DNA from: Candidatus Doudnabacteria bacterium
GTDB taxonomy: Bacteria; Patescibacteriota; Doudnabacteria; UBA920; O2-02-FULL-48-8
Assembly: GCA_039931165.1 (NCBI GenBank)
Contig: JBDTSL010000001.1
Span: 2,214 to 66,213, forward strand
Length of the DNA: 64,000 nucleotides
Reading direction: 5' to 3'
Part shown: positions 37,184 to 47,110 of the stretch, piece by piece
Layout of the letters: every line of letters starts with the position of its first letter
Position numbering within the stretch: the first letter of the stretch is position 1
The notes under the pieces: model-generated
What the model was told of the DNA's origin: nothing
Seen by the model: only the letters and a program-made list of their open reading frames with translations
The model's database searches: none
Translations under genes and position numbers: made by a program

Positions 37184-39718
37184 CTAGCCAGATTTTTCCA
37201 CAATTGCCGGGCCGGCAGTCATCGGCGAGCCGAGCTTGGTGCGGTTTAGAATTTCTGTCTGGACTTCCAAACGGGATTTGCCGTGTTTCAGGCTCGAGAG
37301 ATTGCGGATGACTTTGCCCATTTCCGGATCGGCGCCTGGAGGTTTGGGATAAGTTTCCATATTGAAAGGGCGCGAACCGGTTCCTCTGATCATCAGTTTC
37401 ACATAGGCGTTATAACGGTCGATGTTGATGACGTCAAATTCATTGAATACCGGCGCGAATTCTTTGGCTATGATCTCCGCGTCTTCCACGCCGATCCTGA
37501 AGGCCACGATAGTGCCGGTATTGCCGAAAACCGCGTCTTTCATCCTTGTGTCGATGGCCGACGAGCCTTCTTTTTCCTGAGCCAGCTGAGAAATAAACTG
37601 ATGGGCCATGATCAGGTTCAGGCGATATTTACGGGCTTCGGATAAAATAGTGGCAAAACTGTCTGTAACGAAATTTTGGAACTCATCCACATATAAATAA
37701 AAATCGCGCCGCTTGTCTTCCGGAATATCGGCGCGGGAGAGCGCGGCCATTTGAAGCTTGGATACGATGATCAAGCCCAAAAGCTTGGCGTTGATCTCGC
37801 CGGTCTTGCCTTTCGACAGATTGATCAGGAGGATCTTGCCCTGGTCCATGACCTCGCGGAAATCGAAAGCGCTTTCCGGCTGGCCGATGATGTTGCGCAT
37901 CATTTCGTTTTCCACGAACCGTCCGACTTTAGAAACCAGATAGCCCAGCATTTCGGATTTATGGAAATCGGACGTTTTAGCCATCTCCTTTTCCCAGAAA
38001 CTGCGGACTATGGGATCTTTGACTTTTGAAACTTTATATTTCTGAAAATCCGTGTCCGTAAACATCCGCGGAATGTCGGCGAGAGTTCCCGGCGACTGCT
38101 TGTCTTCCATCAAGGTCAGCATGACGTTGCGCATATTGTGCTCAAACATCGGGCCGATCATCTCCGGCGGGAACAGCTTCATGAAAATCGCGATCATCTC
38201 CTGGACGGCAAAATCTTTTTGCTCCGGGCTTTTCACTTCCAGCATATTCAGGCCCAACGGCCGCTCCATGTCGAAAGGCTCGAACAGGATGACGTCATCG
38301 GCTCGCTCTTTGGGAATGTACTGCAGAACGTCTTCCACAAAATCGCCGTGCGGGTCCACTATACAGAGTCCTTCGCCGGACCTGATGTCCTGGATGGCCA
38401 TATTTTTTAGCAGTTCGGTTTTGCCGGTGCCGGTGCGACCGATTATATACTCATGCCGCCTGCGGTCGTCCCGCTCCAGATAAATTTTGGTTTCAATGCC
38501 GCGGTATGTATTTTTGCCGAGCAGGACTCCTGAGGTCGGGGTGTTTACCGGCGCCGGGGCTTTTTTCGCGGTCACCCATTTGATGTTCGGCGTTTCCATA
38601 TACCTGGTGGGCAGGTGCCAGATGCTTGCCAATTCTTCGGTATTTAAGATCTCCCGAGTATTTCTAAAAACCCGGAAAATGTAATCGGTCATGACCTGAG
38701 CCTGCTTTTTGCTCATAACCCTAAAACCATTGAACGGCGGCATGGTGTATTGCATGAATGACGCCAGAATATTGCGAAGACTCGCATCTGCCGATCTTTG
38801 GTCGGTTGATGAGCAAATGACCCGAAGATTAAATTTAAATCCGGTTTTGGACGCTTTTTCCTCGAATTTTTTGATCATCTCCTGCTGCATGGGAGTCAAC
38901 TGCAGCGGTTTTTTCATGCCGGAATTGTCCATATATCCCTGCTGTTGATGAGCCTGATTTTTTGGGGAAAATAATTGATTCAAAGCGCTCCCTATCAGGC
39001 CAAGTGTCCCATTGAGAGCCTTGCTGGCGGTTGAAGAGGTCACCACATCCGGGTTGCGACCCTGCTGGATCTGCAAGGCGTAATGCCTTGGCTTCGATTG
39101 CCAGTGATGTGTCGCCGGGCTGATCAAAAGCTGGATGGCGGCTCCCTCGTCCGTGGCCAGTTTCGACAGGCTGTTGGTCAGGGAATTAAGCGGGTCGGTC
39201 TCCATAACCTTGTAAGTGCGCAAGGGAAACGAATAGCTTTTTTGCAGCTGCAGCTCCGCTGCCGCAACCGCTGATTTCGGCGAAAAAATATTATACGCCT
39301 TTACCAGGTCTATCTGGGCATTCGGATACTGGGCATGAAGTTGTTTTTCCACCAAATTCTGGGAACGTTTCGGGACATTGATATAAAAAGATATCTTTTT
39401 TTTGTGGGCCGCGATCTCAAAGCTCATGTATTCGTTAATGCCCAAAAAATGTTTCAGGTCAGTGCCTTCGGTGGTACCGATGGTGGCAAAAAACTGTTCG
39501 GCAATGCCGATGATATCTTTTTCCTCTTTCTGCGGTTCCTGTTCCGGATTGGAATTTTCCTTGGAGATCGTGACTTCCAGGAAAACCGAATCCATGATCC
39601 TGGGCGCCCAGGTTTTTTTGCGCAATAGATCAATTGCCAAAAAATACAAAATCAGGCCTACCAGGCCCAGGATAGCTATTAGTATGAGTGAGAAAATAAT
39701 TAGCGAGCTGTTGATCAT
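37184..39718 (-). CDS. Membrane-anchored VirD4/TraG/TraD-like P-loop ATPase (type IV coupling-protein family) with a ~400-aa N-terminal extracytoplasmic domain
   Basis: N-terminal TM. Walker A IIGRTGTGKTELL followed by IVDPHGDF, Walker B FYLYVDEFQNF, and the C-terminal motif LIMAHQFISQL (TraG-D_C-like HQxxxQL). Confidence 0.55.
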   Translation of the reverse strand: MINSSLIIFSLILIAILGLVGLILYFLAIDLLRKKTWAPRIMDSVFLEVTISKENSNPEQEPQKEEKDIIGIAEQFFATIGTTEGTDLKHFLGINEYMSFEIAAHKKKISFYINVPKRSQNLVEKQLHAQYPNAQIDLVKAYNIFSPKSAVAAAELQLQKSYSFPLRTYKVMETDPLNSLTNSLSKLATDEGAAIQLLISPATHHWQSKPRHYALQIQQGRNPDVVTSSTASKALNGTLGLIGSALNQLFSPKNQAHQQQGYMDNSGMKKPLQLTPMQQEMIKKFEEKASKTGFKFNLRVICSSTDQRSADASLRNILASFMQYTMPPFNGFRVMSKKQAQVMTDYIFRVFRNTREILNTEELASIWHLPTRYMETPNIKWVTAKKAPAPVNTPTSGVLLGKNTYRGIETKIYLERDDRRRHEYIIGRTGTGKTELLKNMAIQDIRSGEGLCIVDPHGDFVEDVLQYIPKERADDVILFEPFDMERPLGLNMLEVKSPEQKDFAVQEMIAIFMKLFPPEMIGPMFEHNMRNVMLTLMEDKQSPGTLADIPRMFTDTDFQKYKVSKVKDPIVRSFWEKEMAKTSDFHKSEMLGYLVSKVGRFVENEMMRNIIGQPESAFDFREVMDQGKILLINLSKGKTGEINAKLLGLIIVSKLQMAALSRADIPEDKRRDFYLYVDEFQNFVTDSFATILSEARKYRLNLIMAHQFISQLAQEKEGSSAIDTRMKDAVFGNTGTIVAFRIGVEDAEIIAKEFAPVFNEFDVINIDRYNAYVKLMIRGTGSRPFNMETYPKPPGADPEMGKVIRNLSSLKHGKSRLEVQTEILNRTKLGSPMTAGPAIVEKSG

Positions 39719-39752
39719 TTTTTGTTTTGGTATCTAAACTTTAATCTCGGAT

Positions 39753-40127
39753 TTATGCCGATAGCGATTCTGGATGTTCTTTTACCTGGCCCAAAAGTTG
39801 GATCGCTTCATCGGGAGGTATTTCTTTTTTTTGCGCGGCGGCAATAACTTCATTCATGATCTTGGTTGCTTCCGCCTGATCTTTGGCTGCCTCAAACCTG
39901 TCAACGAATATTTGAGTAGCATCCGAAAATATTGCCTCCGGCTCCTTCTCGGCTCCCGCGGGTTTTTGGTACTCTAAAATTTTCTTTGTCTTGTCGGCAA
40001 GCTCTTCGCGTTCAGCCGCAGTACTAAAACCCCGGGTATTGGCCTCGGTTTGATTGGTTTGGGCTGCCTCGTAGAATTCGTTTCCGGCTTCCACTTCAGC
40101 CCCTGGTTTTCTGAGTATTTCTGCCAT
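39753..40127 (-). CDS. Hypothetical small acidic protein
   Basis: 124 aa, Glu/Ala-rich. First gene of the pilin/ATPase operon. Confidence 0.35.
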   Translation of the reverse strand: MAEILRKPGAEVEAGNEFYEAAQTNQTEANTRGFSTAAEREELADKTKKILEYQKPAGAEKEPEAIFSDATQIFVDRFEAAKDQAEATKIMNEVIAAAQKKEIPPDEAIQLLGQVKEHPESLSA

Positions 40128-40298
40128 ATTTATAAGTTAACTGCTAAGTTTATCACAAAATAGGGATTTTGGCAAGGGGTTTTGATTTCAAGAATCTGTC
40201 CCAAAAGTTATCTATATTATACCATAAATTCCAGGACTTTGACGAATAGCCGCTTAAATGGTAAAATTCAGGCAATATCGTCGCTCATCAGAAACAAA

Positions 40299-41216
40299 AT
40301 GTCCCTAAAAATCATACACACAAAAAATTTACGCTGGGTGGATATCGTCAATCCTGACGACAAAGATCTTAACTACCTGAAGGAAAATTTCAAATTCCAT
40401 CCGCTGGATTTTGAGGATATGGTCACTCCAGCCACACAGACAAAGATCGACGAATACGATCAGCACCATTTTGTAATTTTACTGTTCCCTATGGTTACGC
40501 GCGAAACCGGTGAAATCAAATCAACGGAAGTTGATTTTCTTATTGGTAAAAACTTTTTGATAACCGTTCATAACAGCACCATGCAGACACTAAGCAATCT
40601 CGTCAATAATGTCCAACGATACGACAACGTGCGTGGCGAATATATGACGGATGGACCGGGTAAACTGCTTTGCCTGATCCTTGAATTGTTGTTCAAGCGA
40701 AGCGCCCCGATTCTTGACCGGATGAACCAGGACATTTCAAATGCGGAAAAAAACACATATAACCTGAAAATTGAAGCTCTGGACCACTTGGCGGGAGTCA
40801 AAAAAAACATTATCATATTCCGCCGCATCATGAAAATGCACGGATATGTTTTGGAAAAACTCAACCGAAGCAAAAAAGAATATCTGAAATTCAAAGATTC
40901 CCAAATGTATTTTCAAAATCTGATCGAATACGAGGAAAATATCTGGAACATGCTTAATGCGGACAAAGAAATCGTAGAAAGCTTTGAAGAAACCAACCAG
41001 TCTTTGTCCGGCCACAAAATGAACGACATATTGCGCATACTTACGATTTTTTCGGTAATTATATTCCTGCTTACTTTATTGATAAACATTCTGTTGTTCG
41101 CGGAAAGCGTATCTAAAATTGATTCCTGGCCCTATCTATTACCCGTAACATTTTTGACTTTGTGCACCATCACTTTGGGCATGCTTATTTACTTCAGAAA
41201 AAGAAAATGGCTCTAA
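40299..41216 (+). CDS. CorA-like divalent cation transporter family protein (divergent, no canonical GMN motif)
   Basis: The N-terminal cytoplasmic domain (LNYLKENFKFHPLDFEDMV) and two C-terminal TM helices fit the CorA fold. Start chosen at MSLKIIH; the track ORF begins at 40182. Confidence 0.5.
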   Translation: MSLKIIHTKNLRWVDIVNPDDKDLNYLKENFKFHPLDFEDMVTPATQTKIDEYDQHHFVILLFPMVTRETGEIKSTEVDFLIGKNFLITVHNSTMQTLSNLVNNVQRYDNVRGEYMTDGPGKLLCLILELLFKRSAPILDRMNQDISNAEKNTYNLKIEALDHLAGVKKNIIIFRRIMKMHGYVLEKLNRSKKEYLKFKDSQMYFQNLIEYEENIWNMLNADKEIVESFEETNQSLSGHKMNDILRILTIFSVIIFLLTLLINILLFAESVSKIDSWPYLLPVTFLTLCTITLGMLIYFRKRKWL

Positions 41217-43858
41217 AACGCAAATGGCACAATTTGGAAACTGACGAAGCCCTCTCTCAAGCCAAAAGCTCTAAACACGGCCTTACGGAAGAAGAAGTTC
41301 TGAACAGGCTAAATAAGTTCGGACCGAATGAACTGCCACAACAAAAACCGTATTCCAAATTACGGCTGTTTTTTAACCAGTTCCGAAATCCGCTGATGTA
41401 CATTCTGCTTGGAACAGTGGCTATTTCTTTGTTCCTCAGACATTATTCCGATACAGTATTCATTGTCCTGGTCCTCATAAGCAATGTCGCGGTTTCTTAT
41501 TACCAGGAAAACAAGGCAGGGAACGCCATCCAAAGCCTGAAAAAGATGGTCCGGATCAACGCCAGAGTTATAAGAGATAATAACGAAAAAGAAATAAACA
41601 GCCGAGAACTGACTGTGGGCGATATTATAATCCTCCATTCCGGCGACAAAGTGCCGGCTGATGCCAGAATTCTGGAATCACGCGACTTGCAGGTAAATGA
41701 GGCCAGCCTGACCGGCGAGTCAAAGGCTGCGAAAAAAAAATCGCTCAAGCTCCCTGCCAACTCGGTAATTGCCGAGCAATCCAATATGCTGTTCATGGGG
41801 ACCATCGTGGAAGAAGGATGGTCAAAGGCGGTCGTGACGGGCATTGGCTTGAATACCCAAATGGGTGAAATTGTTCATATGCTCTCCGAAACCGAGGAAG
41901 CTTTAACTCCCCTGCAAATCCAGATATCGCGCCTGGCCAAATATACGACCGCGTTTATTTTATTCATAATCGCTGTTATCTTCATTATCGGTTCCCTCCG
42001 GCATCAAAGCACCAGCGAAATGCTTCTGGCCGCTCTTTCCCTGGCAGTTTCGGCTATTCCCACTGGTCTGATGCCGGCCATTACCATCATTTTGGTATTG
42101 GCCATGAGGAGAATATTGCGACAACACGGCCTGGTAAGAAAGCTGGTATCCAACGAAACTCTGGGCAGCGTCTCCGTGATCTGCACCGACAAGACCGGCA
42201 CGCTTACCGAAGGCAAAATGGAAGTGACTCACTTGTTAGGTGAAAGCCTGGAGCTTTCCGGAAAAAGCATGGCAACTTTAAATATAGACGATCCCGATCC
42301 TAAAACCGAGCCGATAAAGCAACTGGTAAAAATTTCCGTTCTCGATAACGACGCTTTTTTGGAAAATCCGCAGGCTAAGCCGGACAAATGGGTGATCCGG
42401 GGTAAAGTCACCGAGCAGGCTCTGTTGCGGAAAGCAACTCAGGTAGGATTTGATAAAAAATTACTTGAACAAGAGCATTTGCTGATCGATAAAATCTATT
42501 TTTCGTCGGAATTGAAATTCTCAGCCAGTTTGCGCGAAATGGACGCGACAGGACCGACAAGTCTTTTTGTTGTCGGCGCGCCTGAATTTGTTTTTTCCAA
42601 ATCAAACAAAAATTCAGACAAGTTCGAGGAAAAAATGCAGCGCCTGACAAATCAAGGCCTGCGGGTGGTAGCGGTGGCGATCAGAGAATTCGACCGTCAC
42701 CCCAAATACAAAAAATTGACTGAGCTGGTAGAGAATCTGACTCTGGTCGGACTAATTGGGCTGGAAGATCCTGTTCGCGGTGAAGTAATCGAGGCTATTA
42801 AACTTACAAAAAAAGCAGGCATCCGGACTATTATTGTCACAGGCGACCATAAAATTACAGCAGCCGTTGTGGCCAAAAAAATCGGATTGAAGGTGAATAA
42901 TAATGAGATCATGGAAGGAAAAGATCTCGATGCAATCACCGACGAAAAATTAAAAGAAAGAGTCAAATCGATCGGGATTTTTGCCCGAGTTTCGCCGAGC
43001 CACAAATTCCGGATTGTGGCCGCCTTGCGGGCCCATGGCGAAATTGTGGCCATGGTAGGAGACGGCGTCAATGACGCGCCGGCTCTTAAATCCGCGGATA
43101 TCGGCGTGGCTGTAAATTCCGGCACGGATGTAGCCAAAGAAGTGGCGGATTTGATTCTGCTTGACAACGGATTCCATACAATCGTCAAAGCCATAGAGCA
43201 AGGCCGGGTGATATTTTCAAACATCCGAAAAGTGTTCGTGTATTTGCTTGCGGACGACTTCCAGGAGATCTATATTTTCCTCGCCGCCATGATCATGGGC
43301 TTGCCTCTGCCGTTGCTGCCCGCGCAAATTCTTTGGATCAATCTGGTCGAAGACGGTTTGCCCGATATTGCTTTAACCACGGAACAGGAGACCTTATATG
43401 TCATGGACCAACCGCCCAGACCGAAAAACGAACCAGTAGTGAACCGGCCGCTCAAATTTTGGCTGGCTTCGGTATTTCTCGTTTCCGGCACTTCAGCCTT
43501 GGTTTTGTTCGCGTTCGGACTGCATCTGACAGGTGACCTGGAGCGGATCAGGACCATGGTATTCGTGCTCATGGGCTTGGATTCGCTGGTATTTTCTTTC
43601 TCTGTCAGATCATTCAATCAAATAATGTTCCGGAAGGATATTTTCAGCAATAAGTTCCTGGTCGGAGCGGTTACGATCAGCTTTATTCTGCTGATCACGG
43701 CGGTTTATCTCCCGGGGCTTCAAAAATTATTGTCCACCCAAAGTCTGACAATCTTTGACTGGATTGTGATCTTTGGGTTCAGTTTCGTTGAAATTATTTT
43801 TATCGAAATGTTTAAAACCACATTCTTGTTTAAACCCAAGAGTTCGGCTATGCTATAA
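41207..43858 (+). CDS. P2-type (Ca2+/cation) P-type ATPase
   Basis: Phosphorylation site ICTDKTGTLT, hinge MVGDGVNDAPALK, M6-like LWINLVEDGLPDIAL. Start chosen at MALKRKW, overlapping the CorA-like stop by 10 nt. Confidence 0.85.
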   Translation: MALKRKWHNLETDEALSQAKSSKHGLTEEEVLNRLNKFGPNELPQQKPYSKLRLFFNQFRNPLMYILLGTVAISLFLRHYSDTVFIVLVLISNVAVSYYQENKAGNAIQSLKKMVRINARVIRDNNEKEINSRELTVGDIIILHSGDKVPADARILESRDLQVNEASLTGESKAAKKKSLKLPANSVIAEQSNMLFMGTIVEEGWSKAVVTGIGLNTQMGEIVHMLSETEEALTPLQIQISRLAKYTTAFILFIIAVIFIIGSLRHQSTSEMLLAALSLAVSAIPTGLMPAITIILVLAMRRILRQHGLVRKLVSNETLGSVSVICTDKTGTLTEGKMEVTHLLGESLELSGKSMATLNIDDPDPKTEPIKQLVKISVLDNDAFLENPQAKPDKWVIRGKVTEQALLRKATQVGFDKKLLEQEHLLIDKIYFSSELKFSASLREMDATGPTSLFVVGAPEFVFSKSNKNSDKFEEKMQRLTNQGLRVVAVAIREFDRHPKYKKLTELVENLTLVGLIGLEDPVRGEVIEAIKLTKKAGIRTIIVTGDHKITAAVVAKKIGLKVNNNEIMEGKDLDAITDEKLKERVKSIGIFARVSPSHKFRIVAALRAHGEIVAMVGDGVNDAPALKSADIGVAVNSGTDVAKEVADLILLDNGFHTIVKAIEQGRVIFSNIRKVFVYLLADDFQEIYIFLAAMIMGLPLPLLPAQILWINLVEDGLPDIALTTEQETLYVMDQPPRPKNEPVVNRPLKFWLASVFLVSGTSALVLFAFGLHLTGDLERIRTMVFVLMGLDSLVFSFSVRSFNQIMFRKDIFSNKFLVGAVTISFILLITAVYLPGLQKLLSTQSLTIFDWIVIFGFSFVEIIFIEMFKTTFLFKPKSSAML

Positions 43859-43870
43859 TCGCTTAATAAT

Positions 43871-45253
43871 ATGTTCAAACTATATAATTCACTGTCCCGA
43901 AAAATCGAAGAATTCAAGCCTATCAAACCTGGCCGGGCCGGACTTTATATTTGCGGGCCAACGGTCTACAGCAATGCCCACATCGGCAACCTGCGGACCA
44001 TGATCATGGGCGATGTCCTGCGCCGGGTTTTGGAATACAACAGCTACAAGGTCAACCAGGTCATGAACATCACTGACGTTGGCCACTTAAGCAATGATGA
44101 GGATTTTGGCGAAGATAAAATGGAAAAAAACGCCAAGACCAAGGAAGAGTACTTGGCGCTGGCAAAAAAATACACGCAAAATTTTCTCGATGACCTAAAA
44201 TCTCTAAACATCGAACCGGCTTCAGTCATGCCGAAAGCTTCCGAACATGTGGCTGAACAGATCGAAATGATTGAAATGCTGATCGAAAAAGGATTTGCGT
44301 ATCAGTCGGACGAAGCGGTGTATTTCGATGTCGCAAAATTTCCCGAATACAACCAGCTGACCGGCCAACGCCTGGTGGATATGAAATTAGGGGCCCGGCA
44401 GGATGTGGTCATGGACCTGAAGAAAAAAAATCCTTACGACTTTGTGCTCTGGTTTAATACTACGGGGCGCTATGCCAACCATATCATGCGCTGGGACAGT
44501 CCGTGGGGGATCGGATTCCCTGGCTGGCATATCGAATGCTCGGCAATGAGCATCAAATATCTGGGTTCGACATTCGATATCCATGCCGGAGGGATTGATT
44601 TGAAATTCCCCCACCATTCCAACGAGATCGCGCAATCCGAAGCCTTCAGTGGCAAAAAATTCGTGAACTACTGGGTTCATGGGGAGCATCTGCTTTTGGA
44701 TAAAGCCAAAATGGCCAAATCCGAAGGCACGGACCTGATCTTACAAAATTTAACCGACAAAAGCTTCAATCCGCTGGCCTTCCGGTACTTAGCTCTAACC
44801 ACGCATTACCGCTCCAAACTTAATTTCACTTTCGAAAGCCTGCAGGCCGCACAAAACGCTTTAAATAATTTTTACGAAGAAATTTCAACTTTTGAGTCGC
44901 CAGATGGCGGAGCTTCCAAATTCGAAGAACAATTTGAAGAAGCGATCAATAACGATATGGAAACTCCACAGGCATTGGCCGTGGCTCATGACCTTCTGAA
45001 ATCCGAACAGCCAAGTTCCGCAAAACTGGCAAGTTTGATCAAGTTTGATCAAGTGTTGGGGCTTAAGATCAAAGAAGTCTGGGAAGAGAGCAGGGTCCTT
45101 CCCGAAACCGTGCGTCAATTGGTGAACGAACGGGAAATCGCCAGGAAAACCAAAGACTTCGCGCGGTCGGACGAGCTGAGACGCGAAATAGAGTCCAGCG
45201 GCTATACTCTAGAAGATACTATCGATGGTTTTCGGATCAAAAAGAAATTTTGA
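43871..45253 (+). CDS. cysS: Cysteinyl-tRNA synthetase
   Basis: HIGH-like [21 protein letters not shown]-like KMAKSEG, and a zinc-ligand Cys. Confidence 0.9.
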   Translation: MFKLYNSLSRKIEEFKPIKPGRAGLYICGPTVYSNAHIGNLRTMIMGDVLRRVLEYNSYKVNQVMNITDVGHLSNDEDFGEDKMEKNAKTKEEYLALAKKYTQNFLDDLKSLNIEPASVMPKASEHVAEQIEMIEMLIEKGFAYQSDEAVYFDVAKFPEYNQLTGQRLVDMKLGARQDVVMDLKKKNPYDFVLWFNTTGRYANHIMRWDSPWGIGFPGWHIECSAMSIKYLGSTFDIHAGGIDLKFPHHSNEIAQSEAFSGKKFVNYWVHGEHLLLDKAKMAKSEGTDLILQNLTDKSFNPLAFRYLALTTHYRSKLNFTFESLQAAQNALNNFYEEISTFESPDGGASKFEEQFEEAINNDMETPQALAVAHDLLKSEQPSSAKLASLIKFDQVLGLKIKEVWEESRVLPETVRQLVNEREIARKTKDFARSDELRREIESSGYTLEDTIDGFRIKKKF

Positions 45254-45278
45254 CAAAAAACCCGTTTGGGTGTATAAT
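45250..45278 (+). promoter_or_regulatory. Consensus promoter TTGACA-17 nt-(TG)TATAAT upstream of dnaB
   Basis: TTGACA at 45250-45255 overlaps the cysS stop. TATAAT at 45273-45278 is preceded by TG. A hairpin at 45305-45328 (gcggc-caaaga-gccgc + TTTTAT) lies in the leader. Confidence 0.5.
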
Positions 45279-45411
45279 ATAAGTAAGTTAATACTTTCAA
45301 ATCGGCGGCCAAAGAGCCGCTTTTATGTTATCCACTCTGTCCACACAATCCACAGGGTTGCCTGATTGATTTGTATAAATCTATAATAGATTACCCTATA
45401 AGACATAAATT

Positions 45412-46827
45412 ATGGCCAAAAAACAATCCGATCCCGAACCATCCCAAAACTTCATCAACCGCATCCCGCCGCAGAACCTGGAAGCCGAACAATCCGTGCT
45501 GGGTTCGCTCCTGCTTGACCGTGATGCGGTCATCAAAATTGCCGACCTGATCACTTCCGACGATTTTTATGATCAGCGACACCGGATCATTTATCTGGGG
45601 ATTCTCAGGCTCTACGACGAACGGGCTTCCATCGACATTCTCACGGTTTCAAACGTTCTGGAAGAAGGTCACAGTTTAGAGAAGATCGGCGGAGTCTCTT
45701 ATCTCACTACTCTGGTCAATGCCGTGCCGTCCGCGGCCCACATCGTGCACTACGCCAATATCGTCAGGCGAAAAGGCACGCTGCGGCGGCTGATCTCTTC
45801 CGCCACCGACATTGTCGGCTTGGGCTATCAGGAAGATGTGGATCTGGAAACTCTGCTCGACCAGGCCGAACAAAAATTGTTCGGGGTCTCGCAAAAATAT
45901 CTTAAGCAGAACTTCGTTGGGCTGTCGGAAATTTTGCACGAGACTTTTGACCGCATAGACGAACTGCACCGCGAAAAAGGAAAACTGCGCGGTGTTTCCA
46001 CCGGTTTTTCGGATCTGGACAACAAGCTTGGGGGCCTTCAAAAATCCGACCTGATAATTCTGGCCGCCCGCCCATCCATGGGAAAAACTTCTTTGGCTTT
46101 GGATTTCGTGCGCCATGTCGCCATGAACGAACACAAGGCTGTGGGAATTTTCTCGCTGGAAATGAGCAAAGACCAGCTGGTGGACAGGCTGCTGGCTGCG
46201 GAAGCCGACGTCGACCTGTGGAAAATGCGCACCGGCAAGCTCAATGACCTCGGGCCTGATAATGATTTCGAACGGATCGGGCACGCTCTGGGCCGCCTTT
46301 CCGAAGCGCCGATCTTCATTGACGACTCGGGCTCTGTCAACATTATGGAATTGCGCACAAAAGCGAGGCGCCTGCAATCCGAGCATGATCTGGACCTGAT
46401 CGTGGTGGACTACCTGCAGCTGATGCAGGGCCGCTCAACAGAAAACCGCGTGCAGGAAGTTTCCGAAATATCCCGCTCGCTGAAAATTTTGGCCAAAGAA
46501 TTAAACGTGCCGGTGCTGGCTCTGTCTCAGCTTTCCCGCGCCGTGGAACAGCGCGGCGGAGACAAAAAACCGCAGCTCTCCGACCTGCGCGAATCGGGTT
46601 CCATCGAGCAGGACGCGGATGTGGTGATGTTCATTTACCGCGACGAAATGTACACCGGCAAAGACTCGCGCAAGCCGCACATCGCCGAGATCCTCATCCG
46701 GAAGCACAGAAACGGCCCGACCGGCGACATCGAGCTGTTCTTTGACCAGGAAAAAACATCATTCAAGAACCTGGCCAAACAGCCGCCATCCATGGAAGAA
46801 GCGATGATGAATCAGATCATGGAATAA
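45412..46827 (+). CDS. dnaB: Replicative DNA helicase
   Basis: 471 aa with Walker A ARPSMGKTS and a RecA-like C-terminal domain. No intein. Confidence 0.9.
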   Translation: MAKKQSDPEPSQNFINRIPPQNLEAEQSVLGSLLLDRDAVIKIADLITSDDFYDQRHRIIYLGILRLYDERASIDILTVSNVLEEGHSLEKIGGVSYLTTLVNAVPSAAHIVHYANIVRRKGTLRRLISSATDIVGLGYQEDVDLETLLDQAEQKLFGVSQKYLKQNFVGLSEILHETFDRIDELHREKGKLRGVSTGFSDLDNKLGGLQKSDLIILAARPSMGKTSLALDFVRHVAMNEHKAVGIFSLEMSKDQLVDRLLAAEADVDLWKMRTGKLNDLGPDNDFERIGHALGRLSEAPIFIDDSGSVNIMELRTKARRLQSEHDLDLIVVDYLQLMQGRSTENRVQEVSEISRSLKILAKELNVPVLALSQLSRAVEQRGGDKKPQLSDLRESGSIEQDADVVMFIYRDEMYTGKDSRKPHIAEILIRKHRNGPTGDIELFFDQEKTSFKNLAKQPPSMEEAMMNQIME

Positions 46828-46890
46828 GTTTTCGATTCCACTTATCAGTTTGAGTTTGCTATAATCTATTTAATAATTAATCAAACAAAT

Positions 46891-47109
46891 ATGTTCTTGG
46901 GACTTTTTCTTGTAATCTTGGGCGGGTTGCTGCTCCTCAAAAACTTGGGCGTGATCGTGCTTCCGGCCTCGGTCTGGTCGGTTCTTTATCCGATAATCTT
47001 AATTGTGCTCGGGTTGTGGCTTATCTCGCTCGTCTCGCGCGGAAGGCAATACAAGCACTGGATGATGAACCGCTACTGGGGACGCAGAGACGATGACGAA
47101 GAAATATAA
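46891..47109 (+). CDS. Hypothetical two-TM small membrane protein
   Basis: 72 aa. It has its own TGcTATAAT -10 box at about 46852-46860. Confidence 0.4.
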   Translation: MFLGLFLVILGGLLLLKNLGVIVLPASVWSVLYPIILIVLGLWLISLVSRGRQYKHWMMNRYWGRRDDDEEI

Positions 47110-47110
47110 A

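Noticed and set aside
45303-45330. Hairpin gcggc-caaaga-gccgc + TTTTAT as cysS terminator
   Set aside because: It lies downstream of the consensus dnaB promoter, so it is more likely part of the dnaB 5-prime leader. Reported only as a note within the promoter feature.
45676-46386. 236-aa minus-strand ORF
   Set aside because: Antisense inside dnaB, which has strong motif support on the plus strand.
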